Shown piece by piece: positions 1 to 9,725 of a DNA stretch of 64,000 nt. The stretch is from an uncultured Poribacteria bacterium. Its GTDB lineage: Bacteria; Poribacteria; WGA-4E; WGA-3G. The notes beneath the pieces are model-generated. The model was not told where the DNA came from and made no database searches. It saw nothing but the letters and a program-made list of their open reading frames with translations. Position 1 is the first letter of the stretch, and each line of letters starts with the position of its first letter. The DNA lies in the NCBI GenBank assembly GCA_951813565.1, contig OX638351.1, positions 5,344,001-5,408,000 on the forward strand. Reading direction: 5' to 3'. A program made the translations under genes and the position numbers.

Positions 1-1244
1 TTCTGGCATTCTGTCTTATCTAGTTATTGTATCAGAAACCTGTCAGAAAAAGCAACTCCTAAAAAGGAGTTTTCTGATGGATTTGTTGAAAGTGATGGAA
101 CGATTCCCTGATCAAGAGAGTTGTATTGAACATTTAGAGAGTATTCGGTGGAAGGGTAAACCGAAGTGTCCACATTGTGATTGCCCAAACGCTGCAAGAC
201 GAACAGAAACGGAATTGGGACGCATCGGACGCTTGCAATGCCACGATTGCACTGCTACTTTCAAGGTTACTTGTGGCACGGTGTTTCACGGGACAAAGAT
301 AGCACTTCAGAAGTGGTTTTTGGCTATCTCGTTGATGATGAATGCTAAAAAGAGCCTTTCAAGTCATCAGTTGGCAAGAGATTTGGACTTGGATCAAAAG
401 ACTGCGTGGCGTATGGGAACATGTATCCGTGCTGAAATGGCTAAAGATAATATCCTCTTACAAGGTATCATAGAGGCTGACGAAACTTATGTCGGGGGTA
501 AACCTCGCAAAGCGAACAAAAAAGAGGACAGGGATCCTGCTAAGCGTGGGCGTGGCACTGATAAAGATGCTATCATCGGAGCGATTGAACGCGGTGGGAA
601 AGTTGTGGCAAGACTCGCAAAAGATTTGACGGGACGGACTATCTTAAATTTTATTCGCGAAGTTGTTAAAGTAGATAAATCGCAGTTGATGACTGATGAG
701 TATAAGGCTTATCTCACACTCGGTAAAGAGATGAAGCACCATATCATTGATCATCAAGAACAATTTGTTGACGGTGATGTCCATACCAATACGATTGAAG
801 GCTTCTGGTCACTTCTCAAACGTGCTTGGTATGGAAGTCATCACCACTATTGGACTGAATACACGCCCCTATATGTCGCAGAGGCGTGCTATAAATACAA
901 CTATAGGAGCATTGAGAGCATTTTTGATAAGTTTGTCAATGAGAGTATGAGATGAAGACTCACTCAACGATGGCAGAAGAACTTAAAGAATAAGGTCTTG
1001 ACAAGCTGGACCACACTAATATCACAACGGCAAAACGATTAGAAGAATTGTCTGCCGTTGCAAAGTATCTATCAAGCGCGCTCAACTTTTATACCGATGT
1101 GAGTTGGAGGGGCAGAAGTTCTCACAGATTAGAGTTAGAAATTAGTCTTCGCCGTTTAGTGCTTTTCCGAATTCTCATACCCTATTAAGTATAAATTTCC
1201 ATAACGCTTAAGGGCTTTTTGCAAGTCCAAAACTACTTATTGCG
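1..1244 (+). mobile_element. IS1595-family insertion sequence, copy 1 (left end outside window)
   Basis: Near-identical to 13628-14871; right inverted repeat TTGCAAGTCCAAAACTACTTATTGCG at 1219-1244. Confidence 0.93.
77..955 (+). CDS. IS1595-family DDE transposase
   Basis: N-terminal Zn ribbon (CPHC...CHDC), EADETYVGG, MTDEY, HTNTIEGFWSLLKR; AGGAG RBS. Confidence 0.95.
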   Translation: MDLLKVMERFPDQESCIEHLESIRWKGKPKCPHCDCPNAARRTETELGRIGRLQCHDCTATFKVTCGTVFHGTKIALQKWFLAISLMMNAKKSLSSHQLARDLDLDQKTAWRMGTCIRAEMAKDNILLQGIIEADETYVGGKPRKANKKEDRDPAKRGRGTDKDAIIGAIERGGKVVARLAKDLTGRTILNFIREVVKVDKSQLMTDEYKAYLTLGKEMKHHIIDHQEQFVDGDVHTNTIEGFWSLLKRAWYGSHHHYWTEYTPLYVAEACYKYNYRSIESIFDKFVNESMR

Positions 1245-1284
1245 TACAGTTTTTACTGATTGCTGAATGCCAATAACCATTCTC

Positions 1285-2412
1285 TTAGTTATGTCCCTTT
1301 TTATTCTTAAGCTCGCCAATGGGGCGAACTTGTACCTGTGGCATAGCGTTTTCTACCATGCCCTTTTTATTTCTTTCTAAATCCTTTGCCAATTGCAAAC
1401 CGATTATAATACCGCCAATAACGACAGCACAATAAACAGTAAAAAATCGCGTCAGTAGAACAAATGGTGTAATTGATTTTCCAGATATAAGATTTCTCAT
1501 TAATAGACTTGTTGTGCCTTCTGCAAATCCACTTGCCCCAGGCGTTGGCATAAACAGTACGACAAAGTTGAGCAGCATTCCAACAACACCGAGGTCCCAT
1601 AGGGAAACATTTCCGTTAAGTGCTTTTACTATGAAGTAGCTGCCAACAATTCGAGCGCTAAAGAATCCACAAGTGAGAACCAGACTAAGCACACAAGTCA
1701 ATTTATGGTGGCGTAAGAGCGTTGTAGCAAAAGTTTTGTGTTCGGTGATGAGTTGCTCAACTTTTGACGTCGCCCGTTTTAAAAAAGGAGCAACAGGTTT
1801 AAACCTTTGTCCCACAACATTGCAAAACCAATTAAAAATCCGCAGAACAATTGCCGGTTTGAATAGCAGCAGTAAAAATGTTGTGAATACCAAGCCAAAT
1901 ATTACAAAACCCAATAGGCTTATCAACGTTGTCTCTTCCGGTAGAGAACTCGGATCTAACAACAAGATACCACCTGCGGAAAGGATAAGGATCACCAAGG
2001 TAGAAAGAAAGGCAACGATACCAGCTGTGATGGCACCTGATAGTGGAACACCTGATCGAGCGTAAATATAGAGATGCCCTACCCCTCCTGTCTGGAACGG
2101 TGTGATGGCCGAAACACAGAGTGTTGCTAAAAGTGCCCTAAAACTATCGCGGACTCTAATTGTTGGCGTGACTATCTGCACGAAAATGTGGAATCGGAGT
2201 CCTGCGCACAACCAATCAACGAACATACACACGCACGTGCCGATGAGAAATTTATATCGCATCTGCAGAAAGACCTGTTTTAAATCTTCTGCGCCGCTTT
2301 TAATATCTTGTGTACCACTCCATACAAAACTAAGGAATAACCCAACCAGCGTAAATAAGGTAAAAAGCATAACACCGCGAATCATATTTTCGCGGCTCAT
2401 TGGGGTCTGCAT
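1285..2412 (-). CDS. Lysylphosphatidylglycerol synthase TM / flippase-like membrane protein (UPF0104)
   Basis: Multiple TM segments, ITPFQTGG and PTPGASGFAEG motifs. Confidence 0.8.
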   Translation of the reverse strand: MQTPMSRENMIRGVMLFTLFTLVGLFLSFVWSGTQDIKSGAEDLKQVFLQMRYKFLIGTCVCMFVDWLCAGLRFHIFVQIVTPTIRVRDSFRALLATLCVSAITPFQTGGVGHLYIYARSGVPLSGAITAGIVAFLSTLVILILSAGGILLLDPSSLPEETTLISLLGFVIFGLVFTTFLLLLFKPAIVLRIFNWFCNVVGQRFKPVAPFLKRATSKVEQLITEHKTFATTLLRHHKLTCVLSLVLTCGFFSARIVGSYFIVKALNGNVSLWDLGVVGMLLNFVVLFMPTPGASGFAEGTTSLLMRNLISGKSITPFVLLTRFFTVYCAVVIGGIIIGLQLAKDLERNKKGMVENAMPQVQVRPIGELKNKKGHN

Positions 2413-2431
2413 TACTATCTATTTCCTCATC

Positions 2432-3277
2432 CTACTCATCAACAAGTGTTAAACTTAGACTTATATCCATCGGCATTGCTGAATGTGTCAAAGCACCGAC
2501 AGAGATGAGCTCAACACCTGTAGCTGCTACTGCACGCACATGTTCCAGCGTTATTCCACCTGAAGCTTCTGTAACTGCACGGTTTCCAACTTGTTGAACA
2601 ACCTGCTGCATCATCTCAGTAGACATGTTGTCAAGGAGTAGGATGTCTGCTCCTGCTTCAAGTGCTTCATTAACCTGTTCAATCGTTTCGACCTCAACCT
2701 CAATTTTTGCGGTATGTGGCGCAGCCAACCTCGCGCGTTGAACGGCGTTACGTATCCCTCCAGATGCTACAATGTGGTTATCCTTGATTAGCACACCATC
2801 GTAAAGTCCAAAGCGATGGTTATGTCCACCACCGACACGTACTGCATATTTTTCAAGCGCACGCCAACCCGGGGTAGTCTTCCGTGTATCAACTATTTTT
2901 ACATCGTAGCCTGCGACTGCTTTGACAAATTGTGAGGTGAGTGTGGCTACGCCGGACAGTCGTTGAAGAAAGTTAAGAGCAGTGCGTTCGCCGATGAGAA
3001 TTGTTTTCGCGCTACCCTGAATCTTAGCAATAGGAGTGCCAGCAGTAATTGCGTCTCCATCGCTGACCAAAGCACGGAAGGTGAGTCCGGAATCCAGTTT
3101 CTTAAAGGTGCGTTCAGCGATAGGTAGACCTGCAACAACACCATCGCTTTTCGCCTGGAGTGTGCCAATGGTTTTCTGAGAAGGCGGCACTGTTGCCTCT
3201 GTGGTAATATCACCGATACCTATGTCCTCTGCAAAAGCGAGTTCAATTAAAGGATCTAATGAACGGAGGTTGACCAT
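2432..3277 (-). CDS. nadC: Nicotinate-nucleotide diphosphorylase (carboxylating)
   Basis: EDIGIGDITT, DTRKTTPG, HNHRFGL, LIKDNH, LLDNM, ISVGALTHS. Confidence 0.97.
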   Translation of the reverse strand: MVNLRSLDPLIELAFAEDIGIGDITTEATVPPSQKTIGTLQAKSDGVVAGLPIAERTFKKLDSGLTFRALVSDGDAITAGTPIAKIQGSAKTILIGERTALNFLQRLSGVATLTSQFVKAVAGYDVKIVDTRKTTPGWRALEKYAVRVGGGHNHRFGLYDGVLIKDNHIVASGGIRNAVQRARLAAPHTAKIEVEVETIEQVNEALEAGADILLLDNMSTEMMQQVVQQVGNRAVTEASGGITLEHVRAVAATGVELISVGALTHSAMPMDISLSLTLVDE

Positions 3278-3395
3278 TTTGCCTCGTCAAGAAGGAACTG
3301 GGAGAATACTACGCGTAGGCACTTGTAATTGATATCCGAGTATGAGTCGTAGAGTATTTCTAAATCGGATCAGTCAATGTTCATTTGAATTATCT

Positions 3396-3851
3396 CTAAT
3401 AGCCGATTCTTTCTCCATTGATATTTCCTGCATCGTCAATTGTAACGAATGCCAGTCCAAGTGCATTTGCCAATTCAAAACTGGCTCTCCAATATGCCTC
3501 TGAGCTTCCAATTTCTTCTATAAGTTCGCTAACAGGTTCCGAGTCATAGGTTAGAATATCAAGGTAAGAAAGTTCTTCTGGAGTTGCATCTTCATACTCA
3601 AAAATGACTTTCAAGCCGAGTTTCCATTCCCACTCCAACTCATTCCGATCTGCGTTTGACAGCGGGTACCGTTCAAGAACACTTTCATAGCATTCTCGAG
3701 TTTCTTCTTCAAGTTCCTTGAGTCGATGCAGTCTACGTTCTCGTTCCTGCCAAAGAATTTGATTGTCGCGTTCCCGTGTGAGCTTCTTTCTTATCCGTGC
3801 GCGAGATGCCGCACCTCGCTTCCGTTTTTTCGGCTTTTTTCCTTTTTTCAC
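3396..3851 (-). CDS. Hypothetical protein (basic N-terminus, acidic C-terminus)
   Basis: 151-aa ORF co-oriented with neighbours; no family recognised. Confidence 0.6.
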   Translation of the reverse strand: MKKGKKPKKRKRGAASRARIRKKLTRERDNQILWQERERRLHRLKELEEETRECYESVLERYPLSNADRNELEWEWKLGLKVIFEYEDATPEELSYLDILTYDSEPVSELIEEIGSSEAYWRASFELANALGLAFVTIDDAGNINGERIGY

Positions 3852-3868
3852 TGGGTTGCCCTAATTTT

Positions 3869-3893
3869 AGTAGGCGCGGTTTGAAACCGCGCC
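3869..3893. repeat. GTAG-type REP-like hairpin
   Basis: GTAGGCGCGGTTTGAAACCGCGCC palindrome in intergenic space. Confidence 0.6.
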
Positions 3894-3913
3894 ATTTCTG
3901 CTCTGGAAAATTC

Positions 3914-4825
3914 TTAATACCGTTCTAAATAGGGGGTAAGGAATTTTTTAGCGTCTTCTGTGACTTCCCATGCGTTTGGCCAGAAACAGAGATCAATTGA
4001 AAACCACTCGCCATCATATCCAGTTTCATCCATAATAACAGGGATAATTGCGTCAAAATCTAACACACCATCTCCGAAGGGCGCGTGTGTGCTGGTATGG
4101 TCATCGTGAAGCGAATTGTCGGAGTCAATGAGATGGAAATGACCGATTTCACCTTTGAGTTGCCGAGCAAGTTCAATGACCCCATTATCGCCAAGTGTCT
4201 CCTTTTCACCAACCTGTCGTGAACCAACAGTTGCACACATCTGTGCGTGGCATGTATCAAACATCACCTTGAAATTCGGGTGATCCACAGCCTTTGGTAA
4301 ATTAATAATGTCACTGGGTTTATTGAACATGAATCCGGGTTCAAATTCCCAAAGCATTAGCACGCCGTGGTCTTCTGCGACTTGAGCGCAGCGTCTCCAA
4401 AGGGAAACAATCCGATCCCATGCTTCCTCCCGTTCAACCCCTGGATCAGTTTCAGCATCGGTAACAGTGTCTACGCGTATTGAAGGCGATCCAAGATCAA
4501 GCGCAAGTTGGAGATTTTCTTTGAATAGCTTGTAGTATTTATCGTCTTCTTGTGCCTCGTCTGTCGCAGGACCAGGGTGCGACCAGAAATCTGCTGCTAA
4601 TCCAGAAACTTCCAATCCGTAGTAGCTAATCAAACCTTTGACAGCATCTCGGTCGCTTTTCATCGGGTAATCGTTGATGTCAATATGCGGTTTAAATGCA
4701 CCGATTTCAATTCCATCAAAATCTAATTCTCCAAGCCGTTTGACGACATCATCAAACGGAACGGGGTTATCTTCATAAGGTCCAAATGCGTAAGCCCAAC
4801 TTCCAATTGACAATTTTTTTGCCAT
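3914..4825 (-). CDS. Sugar phosphate isomerase/epimerase (xylose isomerase-like TIM barrel)
   Basis: FDGIEI, WEFEPG, MFDTCH, HFHLIDSD metal-ligand pattern. Confidence 0.85.
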   Translation of the reverse strand: MAKKLSIGSWAYAFGPYEDNPVPFDDVVKRLGELDFDGIEIGAFKPHIDINDYPMKSDRDAVKGLISYYGLEVSGLAADFWSHPGPATDEAQEDDKYYKLFKENLQLALDLGSPSIRVDTVTDAETDPGVEREEAWDRIVSLWRRCAQVAEDHGVLMLWEFEPGFMFNKPSDIINLPKAVDHPNFKVMFDTCHAQMCATVGSRQVGEKETLGDNGVIELARQLKGEIGHFHLIDSDNSLHDDHTSTHAPFGDGVLDFDAIIPVIMDETGYDGEWFSIDLCFWPNAWEVTEDAKKFLTPYLERY

Positions 4826-4953
4826 GTTTTTCCTCCTAATAGGAATAATTTAGGAAATGTACTAAAACTGGAATGTCTAAAGTTAGGAAGGGTTCTAATT
4901 CACCAAAAACTTTAGACATTTTCTAACTTTCTTTCATGAGATAAATTCTGTTC

Positions 4954-6171
4954 TTATGATAATCCGTTAACCAAATTTTGAACTTCTATCTCTAATTCAG
5001 TCGTAATCTGTTCGACTGTCTCTTTCTTTTGTGATTTATAGGTATCGTAATGCTCTAAAAGATTTTTCGGTTTGCCAGCGCGGATTGAAGCGACGCGTGG
5101 TCCCCGCATCTTTGCTGTGCCAAAAACCTCTTTTTCCAGCCTGAATATCACTTCAAGATAACGTTCGGGAGAATTTTCTTCAGCGACATACCCATCCGTA
5201 ATCGCAATGAAATTAACTAACCGATTCAAATCTGGATAGAATTGTTGGAATTTCTGAAGTTGTTCTTCATGTATTTTACGTTCATATTCCGTCATCTCAT
5301 CAACATCTCTATAGACTTCAGCATCAACAAGGTTTCTCAAAGCACGAACGCGGGTAAGAACATCGTTATCAGAATGGATACCCATAATTTTTTCAGCGTG
5401 TGATAATATCTGTTCCTTGAGTCCCTGAATTTGCTCGTTAAGAGAGGTGGTCGGTTCCACTTTGAATTGGTATTCATCTGCAAGCGTTTTCAAGATAGCA
5501 GTGCCAATGCGTCTCAGCCGTTGGTAACGTTCTGTAGGTGTGCGCGCATCGGATGGAAGAATATGCCGCTCCAATTCTGTGAGCGCTGTATCAATAACAT
5601 TCCACATGTCATGTGTATAACGATATTTGATACCGATTGGTACGACATAGAGAGGTTTGTTAATATTTGTCTTTTTTATGTCGTCCATAGCCCAAAAACA
5701 GAGTTGTGTAGCACCCCTTTCAAAGCGCATGACAGTGTCGTTCTGGTGTGATATTTCTCCCTCTCCAAATATGACGAGTGGCCATTTACCTTCACATAAG
5801 AGTTGGCGAGTCGTTCGAAAAGCGTTTCTATCCGCTGTGCCGCGTACAATTGAGTATACACCCAACCGTTGCATTACAAAACTTCGGATTCCACCAAGTT
5901 TTCCCTTGTCAAAGATTTCTCGAGCTGCCATATAGTAAAATGGCTGAGATAACCGTTTTGACAACAAAAAAACAACGGCAGGATCCTCGGATGCCGCATG
6001 GTTTGGCACTATTACCGTAGGATTTCCATGAGTCGATTTTAATTGGGTAATCGACTCTGCGTCAATGTCAATTGTTAACCCCTTCAAAAACAATCGGTTG
6101 GCAAACGGCACAAGTACGTTAGCAACCTTAATCGCGGTCATGTTTGGTTTCGGAGCTTTAAAATCTAACAT
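4954..6171 (-). CDS. 1-acyl-sn-glycerol-3-phosphate acyltransferase family protein
   Basis: NHAASED (NHxxxxD), IFGEGE, VVPIGIKY acyltransferase blocks. Confidence 0.85.
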   Translation of the reverse strand: MLDFKAPKPNMTAIKVANVLVPFANRLFLKGLTIDIDAESITQLKSTHGNPTVIVPNHAASEDPAVVFLLSKRLSQPFYYMAAREIFDKGKLGGIRSFVMQRLGVYSIVRGTADRNAFRTTRQLLCEGKWPLVIFGEGEISHQNDTVMRFERGATQLCFWAMDDIKKTNINKPLYVVPIGIKYRYTHDMWNVIDTALTELERHILPSDARTPTERYQRLRRIGTAILKTLADEYQFKVEPTTSLNEQIQGLKEQILSHAEKIMGIHSDNDVLTRVRALRNLVDAEVYRDVDEMTEYERKIHEEQLQKFQQFYPDLNRLVNFIAITDGYVAEENSPERYLEVIFRLEKEVFGTAKMRGPRVASIRAGKPKNLLEHYDTYKSQKKETVEQITTELEIEVQNLVNGLS

Positions 6172-6217
6172 TGCGAGCTACTGTTGTGTCGCGCGGTGTG
6201 CTGTTCCTACTACTTTC

Positions 6218-7324
6218 TCAAAGGCTTGGTGGATAGCAACAGATTATCTCCATCGGTGTGTCTCCAGTGCTAACAATGACGTAACTGGACAAGCATCGTG
6301 GTATAAAAACAGATTTACCGCGTTTAAGCGGGACATCTTCAAAAGCGCCACGCAAAACACCCTCGCCACCAAGTGTTACGAGCGCATAAAACCCTTTATC
6401 TGCTGGCATACTAAGCGTTGAAGTCACCGTCAAACGAGAACATCCGAAGAATTGTGATGCCTCTTCTGGCACGATACGGTCTTCACGATTATCACCTTCA
6501 GCTCTCACAAGTTCCGGTGTGCGTCGAATGTAATTGTTGAGATAGTCAAGTTCAAGTTTATCAAATTCAGCTGCATCTACTGCTAAATCCCAACCGAGAC
6601 CGAGATGTCCGTCCTCTTTATCATACGGAAATCCTTCCCACTCAGCAAGGATGTTCCAATCCGTTGGTTCCTGCGGTTCAAGGACACAAAGCCCTGTACC
6701 GAGTGAATGTACAATCGGTGTCCGTAAGAAGTATACTTCTCCAACCTTCGGTTCAACGACATGCATCAGGCTTCGCAGCGTTTCAATATCCTGTGCTTCC
6801 ATTAGGCGGCGGAATTCCGCTTTTTCAATCACCTCTTTCCAACCAATCCATGCCTTCGCACCGGGACGTGTGCCGATTAATATCCATGCTTCGTTTTTCC
6901 CGAAAGGTGAGTTAAGGTGTTCCTTTGCAAAATCCGGATTCGGATGCCAGTGGATAGGGATATGCGCCCCTTCGCCAACATCAAAAATCTTAAGAAGCAC
7001 ACCTAAATCGGTACCAAATTTTGCGACGTGCGCACTACCGAGCGTCTCTTCAGGAAATGCATCTAACAATTCTTTTAATAAAACTTCTTCTCTATTCGGT
7101 AGTTTAATTCGGCTAAAGCCTTTGTCTGGCGGATTTTCTCTGCCGGGTGTAATTGCTCTATTTGTAGAAAAAATCCATTCTTCTGAATAATAATCATCTT
7201 TCGGATCGGGTTCACCCATAAATTCAGCGCGGAGTTTCCCTCCGTTATAGAAGTGCAAGTATGTGTTCGGTGCTAACGCAATGGGTGCGTCTAACATTGA
7301 CTTTAATTCTTTTTGTGATGCCAT
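6218..7324 (-). CDS. Type I mannose-6-phosphate isomerase-like cupin
   Basis: LLKIFD, IHWHP, KNEAW, VHSLG, EPQEPTD. Confidence 0.8.
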   Translation of the reverse strand: MASQKELKSMLDAPIALAPNTYLHFYNGGKLRAEFMGEPDPKDDYYSEEWIFSTNRAITPGRENPPDKGFSRIKLPNREEVLLKELLDAFPEETLGSAHVAKFGTDLGVLLKIFDVGEGAHIPIHWHPNPDFAKEHLNSPFGKNEAWILIGTRPGAKAWIGWKEVIEKAEFRRLMEAQDIETLRSLMHVVEPKVGEVYFLRTPIVHSLGTGLCVLEPQEPTDWNILAEWEGFPYDKEDGHLGLGWDLAVDAAEFDKLELDYLNNYIRRTPELVRAEGDNREDRIVPEEASQFFGCSRLTVTSTLSMPADKGFYALVTLGGEGVLRGAFEDVPLKRGKSVFIPRCLSSYVIVSTGDTPMEIICCYPPSL

Positions 7325-7417
7325 ATTGCTATCCTCTCTTTATCTTTAGGATTAAATTCTATCATTTTTTTCTGACTTTTGTCAAGTGGCTTTTTCGGGA
7401 CAATAAAAAGAATTAAT

Positions 7418-7446
7418 TTGACATTTTTATGATAATATGTTAAAAT
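7418..7446 (+). promoter_or_regulatory. Sigma70-type promoter of tRNA cluster
   Basis: TTGACA-N17-TAAAAT with TG extension, ~55 nt upstream of tRNA-Gly. Confidence 0.75.
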
Positions 7447-7501
7447 TGATTCGCTTTTAAAATTATGTGTCAATTATTTAACACTAATCTTAATAGCGTA
7501 T

Positions 7502-7573
7502 GCGGGAGTAGCTCAGCGGTAGAGCTCCACCTTGCCAAGGTGGAGGTCGCGGGTTCAAATCCCGTCTCCCGCT
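7502..7573 (+). tRNA. tRNA-Gly(GCC)
   Basis: Cloverleaf, anticodon arm CCACC-TTGCCAA-GGTGG, GGTTCAAATCC T-arm; CCA not encoded. Confidence 0.96.
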
Positions 7574-7623
7574 TCTATACCAAATATATTTTGGTAGGCG
7601 CGCTTTGTAAGCACGCACATTTC

Positions 7624-7698
7624 GGTGGCGTAGCCAAGTGGTAAGGCACGAGTCTGCAAAACTCCTATTCGTCGGTTCGATTCCGACCGCCACCTCCA
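7624..7698 (+). tRNA. tRNA-Cys(GCA)
   Basis: Anticodon arm GAGT-CTGCAAA-ACTC, GGTTCGATTCC, encoded CCA. Confidence 0.96.
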
Positions 7699-7708
7699 TC
7701 CCCTATAT

Positions 7709-7782
7709 GGGCGGTTAGCTCAGGTGGCTAGAGCGTTTGCTTGACATGCAAGAGGTCACAGGTTCAAGTCCTGTACCGCCCA
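7709..7782 (+). tRNA. tRNA-Val(GAC)
   Basis: Anticodon arm TTGC-TTGACAT-GCAA, GGTTCAAGTCC; CCA not encoded. Confidence 0.96.
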
Positions 7783-7936
7783 TCCTTCCTAAGATTGAGA
7801 TTGAATAGTGGTGTTCTAAGACTTGTTAACTGAAGCAACAAACATTTGGAGACCCTGTTTATGAAAATCAATCAGTTTATTACAATATCCAATTTTACTG
7901 CTTTTAAGTAAAGTTACCCTTGAACTACAGCGTTTA

Positions 7937-8068
7937 TAGTAAACTTTAGAATTAACGGACATTTTGAGACGTAGGAGGGAATTCCGATTCCCTCCTATCA
8001 GTGAGGTTCGTCGCGATTCGGAGATCGCTCCTACAGAAAATGTGTATCTTTATTTTCAAATTTCACTA
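7937..8068. mobile_element. TA-flanked MITE carrying a GTAG REP dyad
   Basis: TA|TAGTAAACTTT...AAATTTCACTA|TA; inside GTAGGAGGGAATTCCGATTCCC and GCGATTCGGAGATCGCTCCTAC. Confidence 0.7.
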
Positions 8069-8090
8069 TAGTTGCAATAAGAGATGACCA

Positions 8091-8913
8091 ATGAGACCGA
8101 TATTTCTCATCATTCTATCCCTCTGTGTGCTGATATGTTTTACAGTTCAGCGTGGATATTCCGATACTTGGATTGAAGACTTCAATGGAAACCTTGATGC
8201 TTGGAAAGATTTTGGTACATTTGGAACTACTTGGCAGGTGGAAAAAGGACATCTGAAAGGGCAGTTTGAACTGCCAATGGGGCCTCTTATATTTCGATAT
8301 AAATCCTCAATTGAATTCACAGGTTTTCGACTTATAGTAAAATCCAATAATATGTTCACATTTCAATGAACAGCAATTCCCACACGCATGCGCTGGCGAG
8401 GTTTCCTAACCTCGCCAATGTAAAGGTAATTGTGAATTTTACTATAATGCTGAGCAAATTCGTGTGAAAGTTAGTGTTCTTGAAACTCATAACGGAAAAG
8501 TTGGAATATTCATTGGACAATACGATAATAATGGTTTTGTATCGAGGCGGACCTATAAATTCTTTAATAATTGGATATTAGGTCCCATAGAATTTCCAGA
8601 TCAACAACCGGATATTGAATTTGATATAAATGAAATAGAGATTCAATTTGAAAAAGGACATTTTCAGTTGTTGAGTGAAGGTAAACTCATCCTTGAGTTC
8701 GACGAGCCTAACCTACCGACAATTGATTGCCTCGGAATTATCATTTTTACGGATCAGGTCCGACATGCAAGTTTTCAATTAGACAATTTCATTATATCCG
8801 GTCCTACTGTCCCCGCGCACGGCACCCTAATTGTGCGTGTGCGTCCTAAAGGCAAAGCTGCAGTTTTGTGGGGAGAGTTAAAACGTCCCCATAGGCGTCA
8901 ATTTAGTGAGTAG
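8091..8913 (+). pseudogene. Secreted protein with C-terminal PKGK...WGELK motif, split by a 110-bp MITE
   Basis: Removing 8335-8444 plus one TA restores ...FTGFRL-NAEQIRVKVSV..., joining ORFs 8091..8369 and 8464..8913; N-terminal signal peptide. Confidence 0.85.
8335..8444 (+). mobile_element. 110-bp MITE with TA target duplication (IS630/Tc1-like ends)
   Basis: TA|TAGTAAAATCC...GAATTTTACTA|TA; internal hairpin GGCGAGGTTTCCTAACCTCGCC; inverted copy at 25676-25785. Confidence 0.9.
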
Positions 8914-9188
8914 CATTTGTGCATCTGATACACCTTTCGCCCCTCTGGGGCTTGGTAAACACAGACATCAGCTGCTATACACCTTTCGCCTCTCCGAGGC
9001 TTTGACAAATCGCATATTAGCACCCGCCAAATGCCAAAAAGCGCACTTGGCGTTGATTCCGGTGCGGAAGATGTCCAGAATACACGTGCTAAAAGAAACC
9101 AAGCACCAGCGGTGCGAAAGTGTATGGCCTAAATTTGGAATTATGAATCCTTCAATAAAAGACATGTTCTTAAATTGACGCCTATGGG
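8888..9188. mobile_element. MITE with perfect 18-bp terminal inverted repeats enclosing REP-like units
   Basis: CCCATAGGCGTCAATTTA (8888-8905) / TAAATTGACGCCTATGGG (9171-9188); internal TACACCTTTCGC-hairpin units in both orientations. Confidence 0.75.
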
Positions 9189-9347
9189 TTTCGCAACCTC
9201 TACCGGCTGAATGCCACACGCGCATTCAGCGTTGATTTGGACCTACAGATGGTTTATATGGAAATGTGAAAAATATAACAGAAAAACCGAAAACTAAATA
9301 ACCCTGCGCGTTTTGCCTCTCTACTCGATTTTTTCTGCAAGGACAGA

Positions 9348-9602
9348 TTGGGCAATTCGATCTCCAGAGACATTGTTCAAAACGACCTTGAAACGGGATA
9401 TCATCGTAACCCAACGGAGAATTTAGAATTTTTCACAGATGCATATCTTCACCGTCCCGATGAACTCCGCTCCGAATTGGTTGAAAGTTATTGGGCAGAC
9501 CCTGACCAACGCGCCATTGTTTTGGATTTCATTCGGAAGGTTGAATCAGACCCTTCAATACTCGGCATGAGTGCGCGTATCTTGGCGATAGGCACGAAGT
9601 GA
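9348..9602 (+). pseudogene. C-terminal remnant of a probable class I SAM-dependent methyltransferase
   Basis: DLETGYHRNP...FFTDAYLHRPDELRSEL...ESDPSILGMSARILAIG resembles methyltransferase C-termini; no N-terminal SAM motif, upstream is repeat DNA. Confidence 0.5.
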
Positions 9603-9725
9603 TACAAATCGTTAGTGCCTTCTTATCTGAATCCACACTTACCACCCGTGTGCTCCTTTGCAGATACGTCAGGTGTTAGTTCTGTTGCCCTCTATTTGTA
9701 AATTCGTCTTGATTAAGCAACGAAT

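Noticed and set aside
3300..3360. NAD-related riboswitch upstream of nadC
   Set aside because: Only an imperfect inverted repeat; no recognisable riboswitch consensus.
7490..7699. 69-aa ORF on the minus strand
   Set aside because: It is the antisense of tRNA-Gly and tRNA-Cys.
8906..9414. Short ORFs 8906..9178, 8968..9225 and 9226..9414
   Set aside because: They run through MITE/REP/cassette DNA or have no protein-like features.
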